Source of the DNA: Gnetum montanum
Taxonomy: Eukaryota; Plantae; Gnetophyta
Length of the DNA stretch: 64,000 nucleotides
Assembly: GCA_015680685.1 (NCBI GenBank)
Contig: MNCI01001077.1
Location: forward strand, 253,627 to 317,626
Direction of reading: 5' to 3'
Shown here: positions 1-12,107 of the stretch, one piece after another
Numbering within the stretch: position 1 is the first letter of the stretch
Layout: every line of letters starts with the position of its first letter
Notes under the pieces: generated by a model
Databases searched by the model: none
Told to the model about the DNA's origin: nothing
Seen by the model: the letters and a program-made list of their open reading frames with translations, nothing else
Made by a program: the position numbers and the translations under genes

Positions 1-429
1 TTTTCGAAGGCCAGAGGTGCTAACTTAGTGCGATTGGAAATCACCAAGTAAGCCGAGTCTTCCTTTCTTACTCTTGCTATGTTGTGCTATGCTGCGTAGT
101 GTAGCATAATGCCTTTTCTTGCAACAATTTGTAGTTGACTATTTAAACAACTACCTTCTAAAGCCTGCTACACTATATAGCGTGGCATAGCATAGAAAAC
201 TCCTTAACTAGAAAACCTGCCAAATGTTTTTGTGCATTTTGAGCACCATCGACAACTCTCTGCATTTTCTTTGAGTAGGCTACCAGCTGGATGAATCACC
301 TAGCTAGAAAATTTGCCAGATTATGTAGCCTAGACTCAGAGCATCCACTTCTTGCTGAAGTGACTTGACGTTGCCTGAACTACAAAGACCTAGTAAAGTA
401 AGAATGCCCTAAAAATTTAGGGTGTTTCA
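1..429 (-). mobile_element. 5' part of a Tat-family LTR (same family as 22598-24445 and 38604-), running off the window start
   Basis: Reverse complement begins TGAAACACCCTAAATTTT at 429 and is collinear with the LTRs at 22598 and 38604 (CTACGCTA/TAGCATAG motifs, CTGGCCTTCGAAAA). Confidence 0.85.
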
Positions 430-1349
430 GGTCTTTCCTTTCATCATTCTTGCCCAAGAGGTAGAAGGAACATGCTTAATTATATCATTACCTTAGAAAA
501 CTATTCCTACCCTTTTACATAATTTTTTTGATAAGGTAGGGAAAGAGAAATGCCTTTCTTCCATGCTTAATTTTCTTAAATTGCTTCTCTATCTCTAGAT
601 AGATTAGCTATGGAAGATTCATAGGGAATTTTCCACCTAGAGTAGAATACACATGGGTAGAAAAGGTAGTCACATTATTTGGTCTCATTGTCAGATTAAG
701 GTGATAGGTCACTATGTTGAAATATACATGCTCCATGATGTGAATACACCATACTCCTTACAATCCACTCCATAACATCATTGGGTCCACTTCTTATTTG
801 CCTCTAGGTCTACTTGTATGCAGCTCTCTACCAAATTTGTTTCAATATTAGGCAACCCAAGGGCCTACATAATGACTCCACTGAGTAGGATAACTGAATG
901 TTCTTTATCTTCATTGTCACTCCTACCTGCCTATTATTCTAAAAGAGATATGTCTCTCCCATGTACCATTTCTCACTAAAAATGATGATTGGCCACACTG
1001 GAGAGTTTTGCAACTACATATTGACTTTTATTGGAACATGTTCTAAGAATGATCCAAATTTCATTTCCTAGAGAACTAAACAATGGATGTCATGAGGCTT
1101 GATCTGAGCAAGGTAGTCCTCAAGTGTTGGTGTTAGTCTTAGCACCTCATCTTGATGGGATTGTTTAATTAGAACCACTTTTTCAAGAATTTGTTTGATA
1201 GATTCCACTTTGGGATCCTCCTGAAGAGGTCTTGTCACATGAGTTTCTACTACTTGTTCTTGGGTTTGTTCTTGTTGATCTCTTTCAACTCTAGGTCATT
1301 TGTTCCTTGTTTGGGATGGTCTTCCTTTCTGTGGATGTTTGAATCTAGG

Positions 1350-3500
1350 TGTCATCCGTAATTACAACATGACCAAGAATTATAACTTAATGTGTAACTT
1401 TGAAACATTTGAAATACCTTATCTCTTGCGGTAGTTACACTTGGCTAAGTTGTGATCATGGTCATTTGATTATTTTAATATTATATTATTTTATTATTAT
1501 CTAATTAAATAGGTTATTAAAGTATTTTTGAAGAATTTAACTTCTATAAGTTAATGATTTAATATTATTTTATTCATTAAACCAAATGGGTAGTTTAAAA
1601 AATGTTAAAAAAAATTTCTATCAAAAACATAAAGTTTGTGGCCCTCATAATGTAAAGCATACATCCAAAAGCTACAAGACTAAAGAATGGAGTGAATTGA
1701 ATAAAATATTTGAAAGTTATAGGCTTTGAAAGGTTTTGAGCTCTAAAAAATTGTAAAAACTTCCCTTACATTTGAACCACATTGTAAAAAATTCTTAAGT
1801 GATGGTTGTTATATACAAAATTTTTTCCATGTGTTGACTAAGCCTCATTGATCATTGTTAACTACATCGACTAGGCCTAGTTGACATAGCTATTGATCAT
1901 AGTTTGATCAAGTTAAAATTTGAAAAATATAAGGATTTTTTGAGTGAAATTGGAATCAAAAGAAAGCCAAAAAAGTCAAGAACATAATGAGATGCATGAA
2001 GAGGATTTGATAGTTTGAATAAATGGAGAAATTAATTTGAGAATGTAATTTTATTGGAGAAATTCCTTAAGGAGCACATAGTTGGATGCAACCAATGAGG
2101 AATGTAGATGATTTGATTGCAAAAATGCCTAAGGATAAGCAACTTAACTAGCCCAAATAAGAGCTATGCAAGTGGATTCTTCCCATAGCAGGCTTATGCC
2201 CTTTTCTCCCTTTACATAACCTCAACTAAGGAGTCCATGGATCTCATAGTTGATTAATGGTTATGAAATGTTAAGGATTGAATCCAGAAGAATCCATCTA
2301 AGAATTTTAACACATCAAACTAAGATAATAAGAAAAATTGGAAAATCAACAATGAGTCAAGTTATGAAAAGCATGATGGATGAGAGAGTAATTGGAATGG
2401 AACTCCTAATCATGGTCACATGAAGTTCCTTTTGAATTTTATGGTTAAATGACTCAATAAAGTCCATCCTTAGTGTAGAAAAAAACCAACCAAATTTAGT
2501 GACTTTTCATCGCCACTCTAGGATCAATCCACCTCCTCAAGACATAAGAATGTTTGCACAGATAACCACCATTCATCACTTGAGAAGAAAAGAGAAGTAG
2601 GAACTGAGAAAGGACCTTAGTTAGAGGGGACCTTCATGCATGGGCAACATGTCTTTCTAATCCCATAACTAGTGCTTATAGCCTATTATTTTTTCTAAGG
2701 GATGTGCTTTGAATTTCCATCATGTTGTGTTTTTTCTTTTAGATTTTATGTTTTTATGAGTTTTTGAATGGGAACCACATCATGAAAAAACTTATTGAAC
2801 TTCATGTTATTGGTTATCTTAGAATGGTAAGAAATCCATGAAAACACTTATGAAACTAAGTGAGTAGAGAGGCAGAAAGAGTATTGAATCCTCCTTGAAG
2901 TTACACCCTATTTAAACCTTGAATATTTCCTAAGTTTGAAAACTACCAAGGTCATAAATTCATTAAAGTTTCATTAATGGAAAGGGACCTCATATTTCAA
3001 AAACAAGGAAAACTATAGAGTTTATAGATGAGTGGATGACATGGACTCGCTACCTATTCCATGAAAAAGAAACTTTTTATAAGTCATTAATCATCAAAAT
3101 TAAAAAAAAAAGAAACCAAACATTAGGAATAAAAACCATTAGGTACAAACCATTGTTAACAAACAACTACAACATAAAATTGTCTTATTGATAATAAAGT
3201 AATTTTATTAGAAAAAAAGGAAAATTCACATCAAAATAAATAAAAATATAAAATAAAATGTAAAATAGTCAAGAAAAATAAAACATAGTAATGATGTTGT
3301 AAAACAAAAATTTGGAAAAATAACAAAGTGTAAAACAAAAAGGTATAAAAATAAAGTGTAAAACAAAAAAGTAAAAACATTGAAGACCCATTTTAATGAT
3401 TAGCATAGATGAAAATCTCCCCCATGACTGAATTGAAAAGAGGACATCTAAGAAATTTAGCATGGTTTTCCATCTAATCAAGCATTAATTTTGCTACCTT
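1350..3500 (-). mobile_element. Probable 3' LTR and 3' UTR of the Athila-like element; boundaries unresolved
   Basis: TG start at 1350 (TGTCATCCG), AT-rich non-coding sequence downstream of the minus-strand integrase, and a GGGGGAG purine tract at ~3417-3424 on the minus strand. No second LTR to compare. Confidence 0.3.
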
Positions 3501-3509
3501 GCTTGGACT

Positions 3510-6500
3510 GATGGAAATGTTTTATTTGTTGCATGTTAACCAGCTGTTGCTTGTTTGGGCTCTTAGGTTTGTAAATTAACATGACCCTTGAATGAAAGAT
3601 TTTATAAATAATATAAGCCCCTTCCACAACATTTGGAACTTAGTTTAGTGGGGTACATATATGGGGTTCTAGTAGAGGACCTTGTCTCATGGTTGAAATT
3701 TTACCTTCCATATTCTAAGTTCATGGCATTTTCTATTGAATGTCTTATGCACTTCATTCAAAGATAGGGCTACTAATCAATTTTCATCTAGCATGTTGAG
3801 GTTGATCAATCTACCTTTTTGTTCTTGGCTAAGATTAAGATATAGATCATAGGCTATTGAAAGTGTGTAGAGCTTGGACTAAATTAGAATACTTGGTAAT
3901 TTTTTGTACACTAGCTCATATGGAGAGTAGCCTATAGGGAGCTTCCATGTGGAGTAGTATGCCCAAAGGGCATAGTTCAATCTTGTGATCAAATCTCTCC
4001 TATATTTACTAATTGTTTGAGTTTAAATCTTAGTGATTCCCCTATTGGTAATCTTTGCTTAATCATTGGTTTGGGTGTGGTAGGGTGTTGTTAGTTTATG
4101 TTCAACCCCCAAGCATTGCATGACCTTGTGAAATGTAGCACTTGTAAAATAAGTACCATTATTAGATATTAGTGCATGTGCCACTCGAAACATATTTATA
4201 AAATTTTGTTGCATAAACTAAGTAGTAGTGGAAGATGTACAATTAGTGATGGTTGCTACTTCTGTCCATTTGGTACAATAGTCAATAATGACTATTATGT
4301 ACACCTTTCCATTTGGCATGGTCATGATGAGACCAATGAAGTATATGCCCCATATGCTGAAGGGTTTCAATGATAGGATTCAATATTGAGGCTCCTTCAT
4401 TTGAGTGGTCATCCCACCATCTAATTGATAGTGTTCAAAAGAGTAGATGAATGGGTGGGAATCCTTGAGGATTATTCATTGGTAATACTTTGCTCTTAGG
4501 ATCTTAATGGTCATTTGTCTCCCTACATAGTGGTTGCCACAAGGATCCTCATGAGCATCTTAAAGAACACATAGTTGAAGAGCATCAGGAACACACCAAT
4601 GAACTAGGCCATTAACTCACACCTTCTAAATATGTCTATTAATCTCCATGAAGGCTTTCGAATAATGAAGAAATTGTTGTTTCATCTAGACATCCAGGTC
4701 TTATGGCATCTCTTGAATGAGAAAATAAGTGAGGATGCCATCATACCATTTGGGTTCAATAGACACTTATTCATTTATTACATCAACAAAGAGAAGTTCA
4801 TTAAGATATTAATCAGAGAGTGGGCTCTCATCTTCCTTTTTGTTCAATTGTAATTGAGACACAAGTGATTAGTGACCACATTATTTGTTCCATTTCAATC
4901 AAACATTGTAAGATCAAAATCTTGCAAGATCACTAGCCACCATATAACATTGGGGCTCACTATTGGTTTATTCATTAGGAAGTAAATGACACTATTGTCA
5001 ATGTGCATACATATCACTTATCCAAGCACATAATGCCTAAACTTCTCCAAAGCATACACCATGGTCATGAGCTCTTTCTTCATTGTGGTGTAATTAAGTT
5101 TTGCACCCACAATGCTTTAGCTTGCATAGTAGATGTAATATGGAAATTTTTGATCATCTAATTACATAAGCACATCTCCCAAGCCATATTGTAATGCATC
5201 TATCATAATGTGAAATGGTTGGAACCAATCAAGTGCTCATAGAATTGGAGTTTCTACAAGCTTCTCCTTAAGTTGCTAGAATACCTTTTCACATTACTTG
5301 GTCCATATGAATGGAGCATCTTTCATTTTCAGCTTAACTAATGGTTTCAAAATCTTAAATAAATTCTTTATGAATCACTGGTAGTAGACAGTGTGTCTAA
5401 GGAATTATATAACATATTTAATAGTTTTTGGTTGGTTGGTTGTTCCTTGGATGATCCTAATCATTTCAGGATCTACCACAATCCCTACTTAAGAAATTTT
5501 GTGCACCAACACAATGCCCTCCTAGATCATGAGATGGCTCTTTTAGAAATTGAGTCAAAGATTAGCTAGATGCATGTTTTAAGAAATTACTCAAGATAGT
5601 GTAGGGCCTACTCAAATGTAGCACAATATATGGAAATGTCATCCATGGAATCTTCCATTTTGCTACCAATCTACTATTGAAAAATGCTTAGGACAAGACA
5701 TTACACAAACCAAACAAAATATTTCAATATGTAAAAGTTTCCTAAGGACTTGTGAACATAGTTTTCACCTAATCCCTTGGTGTGATATAAATCTAGTTAT
5801 AGCCACTATAACCATCTAGAAAGCTATAATAGCAATGCCTAGAGATTGTGTCCAACACCTAGTCCAAAAATGGTAATGGAAAATGATCTTCGAATGTTGC
5901 CATGTTCAACAACTTAACATCAATACACATATTCCACTTTTCTTCTTTCTCTGGCATAATCACAAGTGAACTAATGCACTTTCTATATGAAATTAGATAA
6001 ATGAACCCCACCTTGAGGAGTTTTTCAATTTCCTCATTGATGATCTACTTCAATTTAGGGTTTAGCCATCACTGTAGCTACCTCTTTAGCTTGATGGAAG
6101 GATCAGTATAGATGTGATGCAAGCACATCTTAGGATCAATCCTAGTAAGTTCAAGATATAACAAAGAAAAGGCTATTGGCCATTTTTTAATCATATTTAG
6201 TAGTAATCATTTTTGTTGAGGAGCAAGGTTTGCATTAATTATCACTAACTTGTCATTTTTTTAGAAATGCATATTGCATGGTAGTAGGTAGAGTTTTTAA
6301 CTCTAAGGGCTCTTATTTAAAATTGTTAGGGATTTCCAAATATTTCCAATTAGTATCATCAAGTTCATCATTAGAGAGTTGGCAATGGACTTGCTATAGT
6401 TCATCCATGCCTTCAACATATCCATAAGTTAGGTTCTCAATAGGTTCCATGCAAAGTGTGCTACTTTTAGAATTAGCTATTAGCCACTAGGAACTCTCCT

Positions 6501-7040
6501 ATTTTGTGGCTGCTACATATAGGTACTTTTGGATTTTACATTCATCTACATACTATCTGCATGCTTTGATTGATGTACTTTTGATAGACTAGAGATTTTG
6601 CACATAATTTCACCCTATATAGTTGTATACAATGCATGGAACTATCTTCTTCTTAATCTTTTCAAATGTATTTTCCTTGAAAATGTATAGGAAAAGATCT
6701 CTAATGTCCATTCATGTATAAAAAATGCTTAACCATGCCATTTCCATAATGATTAAGAGGTCCCCCTTGCAATTGTTAACTTTGATTACCATGAAATCAA
6801 CAAGATATGATCACCCATAGATAGTGATCACAATGTCCACCACTAATCCCAAGGGAACAGTGATGGACTAATTTTCCAATTCTAAATGGATATTATTCTT
6901 CTTGAGAGGAGGTAGGTTCCAAGAATTGTACATTTCATGGGAAATTAGATTAATACTAAAACTTGAATCAAGAAGAGATTTTCATGGCTCATTTCCAACA
7001 ATCATGAAGTAGATAAGAAAACTACTAGGATAATTTCTTT
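3510..7040 (-). pseudogene. Degenerate Ty3/gypsy pol (protease-RT-RNase H-integrase), Athila-like, no aRH
   Basis: Minus-strand translation gives EEIEKLLKVGFIY, DHFPLPFLD, YSFLDGYSGYN (RT), ILQDFDL (end of RH), then integrase to a ...QIKHF C-terminus; many stops and frameshifts. Confidence 0.85.
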
Positions 7041-8029
7041 TCCTAGGAAGATTGTCAACCTTGATTCAATTAGATATAGCATAGGTTAACATGGCTATGT
7101 GGATCTTGGGAGTCATCTGGTTTGAAGTACTCTCAAAAGAAATTAATGTAGAGGATGAGGGAGACATAGGACCACCAACCATATAAGTTAGTGAGGGCTT
7201 TTTAGGACTATTGGTTCCAGAGAATGACCTTTTATGTGATATAGGTTTCAAAACACTTGACTGAGGAGTTGGTTATAAGTTAACAACCCTAGTAGCATTA
7301 TGATGTTACTTCTACATAGAAATTTTACTTTGCATGAATGGAGCAAGTGGTAATTGGGTTGAGGTTAAAGGACTATGTGTTAAAGGATGATGAGGGTGAT
7401 AAGTATATGTGGATTCCCCTCTAAGAGATGGAGAATGAGTTCTATAGTACTCTAAAGGATAGTAGTGATGTTAAAAAGAAGCATGATTGTAACAGTCATG
7501 TGGAGACATGGGTTGCTGAACATAGTACCCATATAGATCTAGCTATTTGTAAGTGTAAAATTGACAACTTTTTGTGGCTTTTTACGCATCATGTGATGTA
7601 GATTGGTTGCTTCAATGGTTCCTTCGGAACCCTGAAGGACATAAAGCCTCCAATCACCATTTGACCCCGTTTTTTCACAATAGTTTTGCATGTGTTATGT
7701 ACCCTATCACGTAATAGCATAAATGTGACACCCTTTTGTAGTTGTTTATGCATTGTGTGGTATAGATCAGTCGCTCCAACAGTTCCTTCAGAATCCTGCA
7801 AGACATAAAGCCTTTGAATGCCATCTGATCTCCTTGTTTCCCTCATTTGCAAATCCTTTTATCTTTGCGAAATAATTTCCCCAAGAACCATTGCTAACAC
7901 CTCTAATGTTGAGATTCCCCTCATGGTTCAAGGCATCGTAGGTGCTGAACAACCACTCAGCCCAGTGCTGGGGCCATGCCGATTCCTTAGGACCCAAAAC
8001 TAGGGACCTGAGGGATTGGCCCAACAACA

Positions 8030-11000
8030 TGAGCAATACAACTTCCTCTATGCTAAGATGCAGGGAAACCTACCCTTAGATGCACAAGAGTCTGAAGAGA
8101 AGCATAGCTTCAAGTTCACCTACTACAATTGAAAGGAGTTTATTTCCACTCCTGGCATTTCCATCCCCTGAATGAAAATGAACCAATGGATTTTAGATCA
8201 GCTGATCTAGGTGACTAGGCTGGAGGAGTTGTAATACATAGTCTCTCATTATGACGAGGCTTTCCAGGATGGATAGGAGGAACTGGATTCTCAATCTAAA
8301 GGCTAGGGCTCAAACCAATCATACCACCATCCCTCCTACCTTGTCCTTTTGGACAAACCTATTGTCTACTATTGCTCCCTTCAAGATCACGTCTACACCA
8401 TTGTAAATGACGACTCCATTGGTAACAGGTAGCCATACAATTCCTTTGGTACATCAACACGCCTATGACCATGTCTCAACCCGAGTCACTACTCCTCTAA
8501 TAACTTTTTACCAATCCTTTTTTGCTTCACAACATACACCAATCATGGCTACCCTGCCCCATGTTCACACCATACCTACCTCAAAGTCGTGTGCAGCTTT
8601 CGCTTCCACTTCTACATTTGCATCTGTTCCACCATCAGCGGAGGGCCTAGGCTCATGCACATGGTGGACCCCATTCACTTCTCTTCTTGTGATGCTACCA
8701 TCACAAGTTTCTCACTACATTCACCATTAAACCTACCCAGCCTCGTAAATAGTACAACCTAGCATGGAACTATGGTCTATTCCACTAGCCCCACAAATGG
8801 CCTACCTCGTAGCGGAACCCATGGATGCTACTCCAACAGCACCACCTACCAGGTGGTGGACAATGCAAGTAGCACAATTCATAGGGGCCACTCCAATGAC
8901 ACCTCCGATGGGTCACATTGCTGCCCCTACCACTCCATAGATGAGAGCCGCCTCGATGGTTCCCCAACTAGCTACATCATCCCTCGGTCTGGATTAAGCA
9001 TTCCAACTTATCCCAACCTTTACTAAGAAAATAAAATACCTTAAGGCTATCGAGTATGACATGGTACAAGTCATGGACTTCTACCAAGACTATCTCGTCA
9101 GCTCAGTAGTCCCTACACTAATGTTACCCCTAGGGATGTCACTCCCCCATTTCATGAAATACAATGGGTAGGAATATCCCAACACACATCTTGTTAGATT
9201 TAGGTCTAAGTCCCTTCTTCTACAATAATGGCTGCATACGATCATCTGTGTCTTTTCCTTTTCTTCAACTTGAAAAGCCCTGGACTGGTACCATGTCCTT
9301 CCACGCTCCATATCAACCCTAGAGAAGCTTCTGACCTAGTTCGTGATGCACTTTAAGTACAACTTGAGACCAGAGGTCATGCTAGATCAGTTGATGAGTG
9401 TAAAACAAGATCTGCTGGAACCAATCCATAAGTTCATCCAGCTTTGGAGTGTGACCCTTAACGAAATCCATGAGCTAATCGTGGAGGCCCACTTGCTGGC
9501 TATCTTTAAGCATGTAGTGAATGATTTTATTAAGTCTAAGCTATATTACCTTGCTCCATATACTCTTAGTTAGGATTTCACCCAGACTAAGATCATATAG
9601 GATTCAACTGAGGAAAGGAAATACCTAGCCTACATTGCATACAAGAACACCTTCAAAAAGAAGGAAAAAGACAAGGATAAGGCTGCAACAACCATAGTGG
9701 CCGTTGTGGCCAATGAAGCCAAACCCCACAATAGTAACAAGAACAACTAAAAATTGATTGCACTTGCAACTAACCCCATGCCTAAATAGGGAAACACACC
9801 ACAACCTTCCACATCTGCACTTGAGACATTTGCACCACCTAAACTAAACTTCGATCGTAAAGATCGCTCAAAGTATACCCCACTACCCATCAAGCCTTCA
9901 GATCTTTTGAAGCAATTACTAGCAGCAAGGTACATCCAACACAGGTAGATTTTGGAGAAGTGAGCTAGGAAGCAATAGTGATACTATGAACTCCTTAGGA
10001 ACCCCTTGTTGGCTTTGCCCAATGAGCCCCCCAGTTCCTAAGGGTTTTAAGCTAGAGCAATTCTATGACTATCATCAACAGTGTGGTCATGACATGAATT
10101 ATTGCATGGCATTGAAGGATGATATCCAGAGGATGATCGATCAAGGGAAATTGGTGCTAGATGAAAGCAACCTATTATGTCCTGGGAATCAATCCCTTCA
10201 TGTCTACACTGACCCTCTCAATGCCAACAATGTCGATTACATTATCAACACCATCAATATTGACAATAATCCTAGACCACCCTAGCAGTCGTTTGTAGTT
10301 GGTGTATCTCAGCATAGTGCACCATCACCACCAGCATCTAATCAAAGTTTGCAATAACATTTTGTCTTGAGAGTCTATCCTCGAACATCTCCCCTTGCAC
10401 CACCTATTCCCTAGGCATCCACCCCTGCACCACCTATTAGCAAAACCACACCACCATATACTAACACCGTTAGCTCCATTCGTTATCAAGGGGCCAAGCC
10501 ATGCAACAGCCCTTGCCCTAAATATGGTAGCTTCATAGCCTTCTCTTCCTAGGAAATGAGAAGTGCGCTTCATAAGTGAGACGTCAAAGGAAAGTACTTT
10601 TCCAAGTACTTCCAAGCCTATGTCTCCACCCCCTGCATCTACACTGTTGTCACCGAAAGATAACATTGCTACAAGTGCACAGTCTTCACTATCTTGTCCA
10701 AAAGGGTCTAAACCCAAACCAAAAACTGTCCCTCCTTGGGAAATTTATCTTCTGGGATGAATAGAAGAGGAGAATGGAAGTAAAAAAAAAAAGTGCCAAA
10801 ACCTTTTATGCACTCTCACCAGGTCAAGCAAGCTCTGAAATAGAAGAACACTACACTGAGCCTGTATGACTTGATCATGACATCTACCACAAACCGTGAG
10901 GCTTTTTTCTACATGTTAATGACAATTCTTGTTGATGAGAACATGCCAGTGGAAGAGAAGGCCATCCATTTGGTTATGCTTCCTTCTACGCTTGTAGAAC

Positions 11001-11662
11001 CAAAGACATCCCAACTAACTTTTTGCGATGATTCCATTAGGGAAGGCACTGAAAATGGTTAGGTGACTACAACAACTCTTTTCATCATAATTCAGGTCAG
11101 CCAACATAAGATCCGAAGGGTAAACATTGATGATGGAGCTACCACAAATGTCATCCCTTTCTCTATTGTGGATAAGCTAGGTTTGATCAACCAGATCAGA
11201 CCCGCAACAACGTCATGCTTAAATTCGTACAATGGAGCATGGGTTGTGGTAAAAGGCATGGTCCATATTGACTTTGTGGTAGGGGACCAATTCCCCAAAA
11301 ATGAAACATTCATCATGGTTGAAGAGATGCCCAACTTTAACCTGATCTTGGGGAGGTCATGGTTAGCATAACTTAGGGCTTTCTCTTTGCCCATTCATTA
11401 GGAAATCCATCTATCCTATGTAGGTAGGAAGGTGGTAATCCATGTCGAAAAGGTAGATATGGAACAAGGCTTAGAGATTGTAACCTCTGATAATGAAGCG
11501 CCTGTGTCTATAGATACTAATCATCTAGTAAGAGAGCCGGCTCAGCATGCTGATTCAGAAAATGAAAACACATCGACTGAGTTGCCCTTCCAAGAAAAGG
11601 ATAATGATTTAGATGAAGGCCATAGCAAGATGTCTCAGCCTTGTGCCTCGCCAAATCCATGA
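8030..11662 (+). pseudogene. Element A gag-protease ORF (decayed)
   Basis: Pro-rich N-terminus; capsid-like LPHFMKYNG...KALDWYH...FVMHFKYN (~9140-9560); Tat-type Zn knuckle YDYHQQCGHDMNYC (~10065-10110); protease VNIDDGATTNVI...FNLILGRSWL (11063-11371); stop at 11662, same position as in C. Start approximate. Confidence 0.85.
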
Positions 11663-11824
11663 TGGGTCAAGAAGTAGTTATGCTTTGCGTAGCAATCCCA
11701 CTACTTCTTGCCCAGTTTGCATCCTTTGTACATTTACCACCTTTTTTGTTTTACATCCACCCATCTATGCTAAGTACTATTTAGCCATTATCTAAATCAT
11801 TAGCATATAATTTCTTTACCACGC

Positions 11825-11940
11825 CATGGTCCAAAATGGCCTAAAACTACACTACTATCTGATGGCCCGAAATGGCCTAAAACTAGCAGGGGCCCAAAAT
11901 GGCCTACAACTAGCCATGGCCCGAAATGGCCTAAAACTAA
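11825..11940 (+). repeat. Array 1 of hairpin motif GGCC-N6-GGCC-TAAAACTAGC (4 units), downstream of the protease stop
   Basis: ggcccgaaatggcctaaaactag repeated; the equivalent array in C is at 51316-51535. Confidence 0.85.
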
Positions 11941-12107
11941 AACATTAAAAGCAAAAACATAACATAAAATTGATCAAATAGATAATGCATAAGCTAGCAT
12001 AAAATAAATTTTCTTTGAAAATTTACTTCCTTCATTAAATTTTTATCCATCAAATAATGTTTGCAAAATTTTTACAAAAAATTGAAATTTTCAAAAATCC
12101 CATGCTA

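Noticed and set aside
430-1349. Possible minus-strand gag remnant
   Set aside because: Could not recover a convincing motif by eye.
11855-11890. CTGATGGCCCGAAATGGCCTAAAAC resembles a hammerhead ribozyme core (CUGAUGA-stem II-GAAAC)
   Set aside because: It lacks the full CUGANGA, has TAAAAC in place of GAAAC, and CTGAT precedes only one unit.
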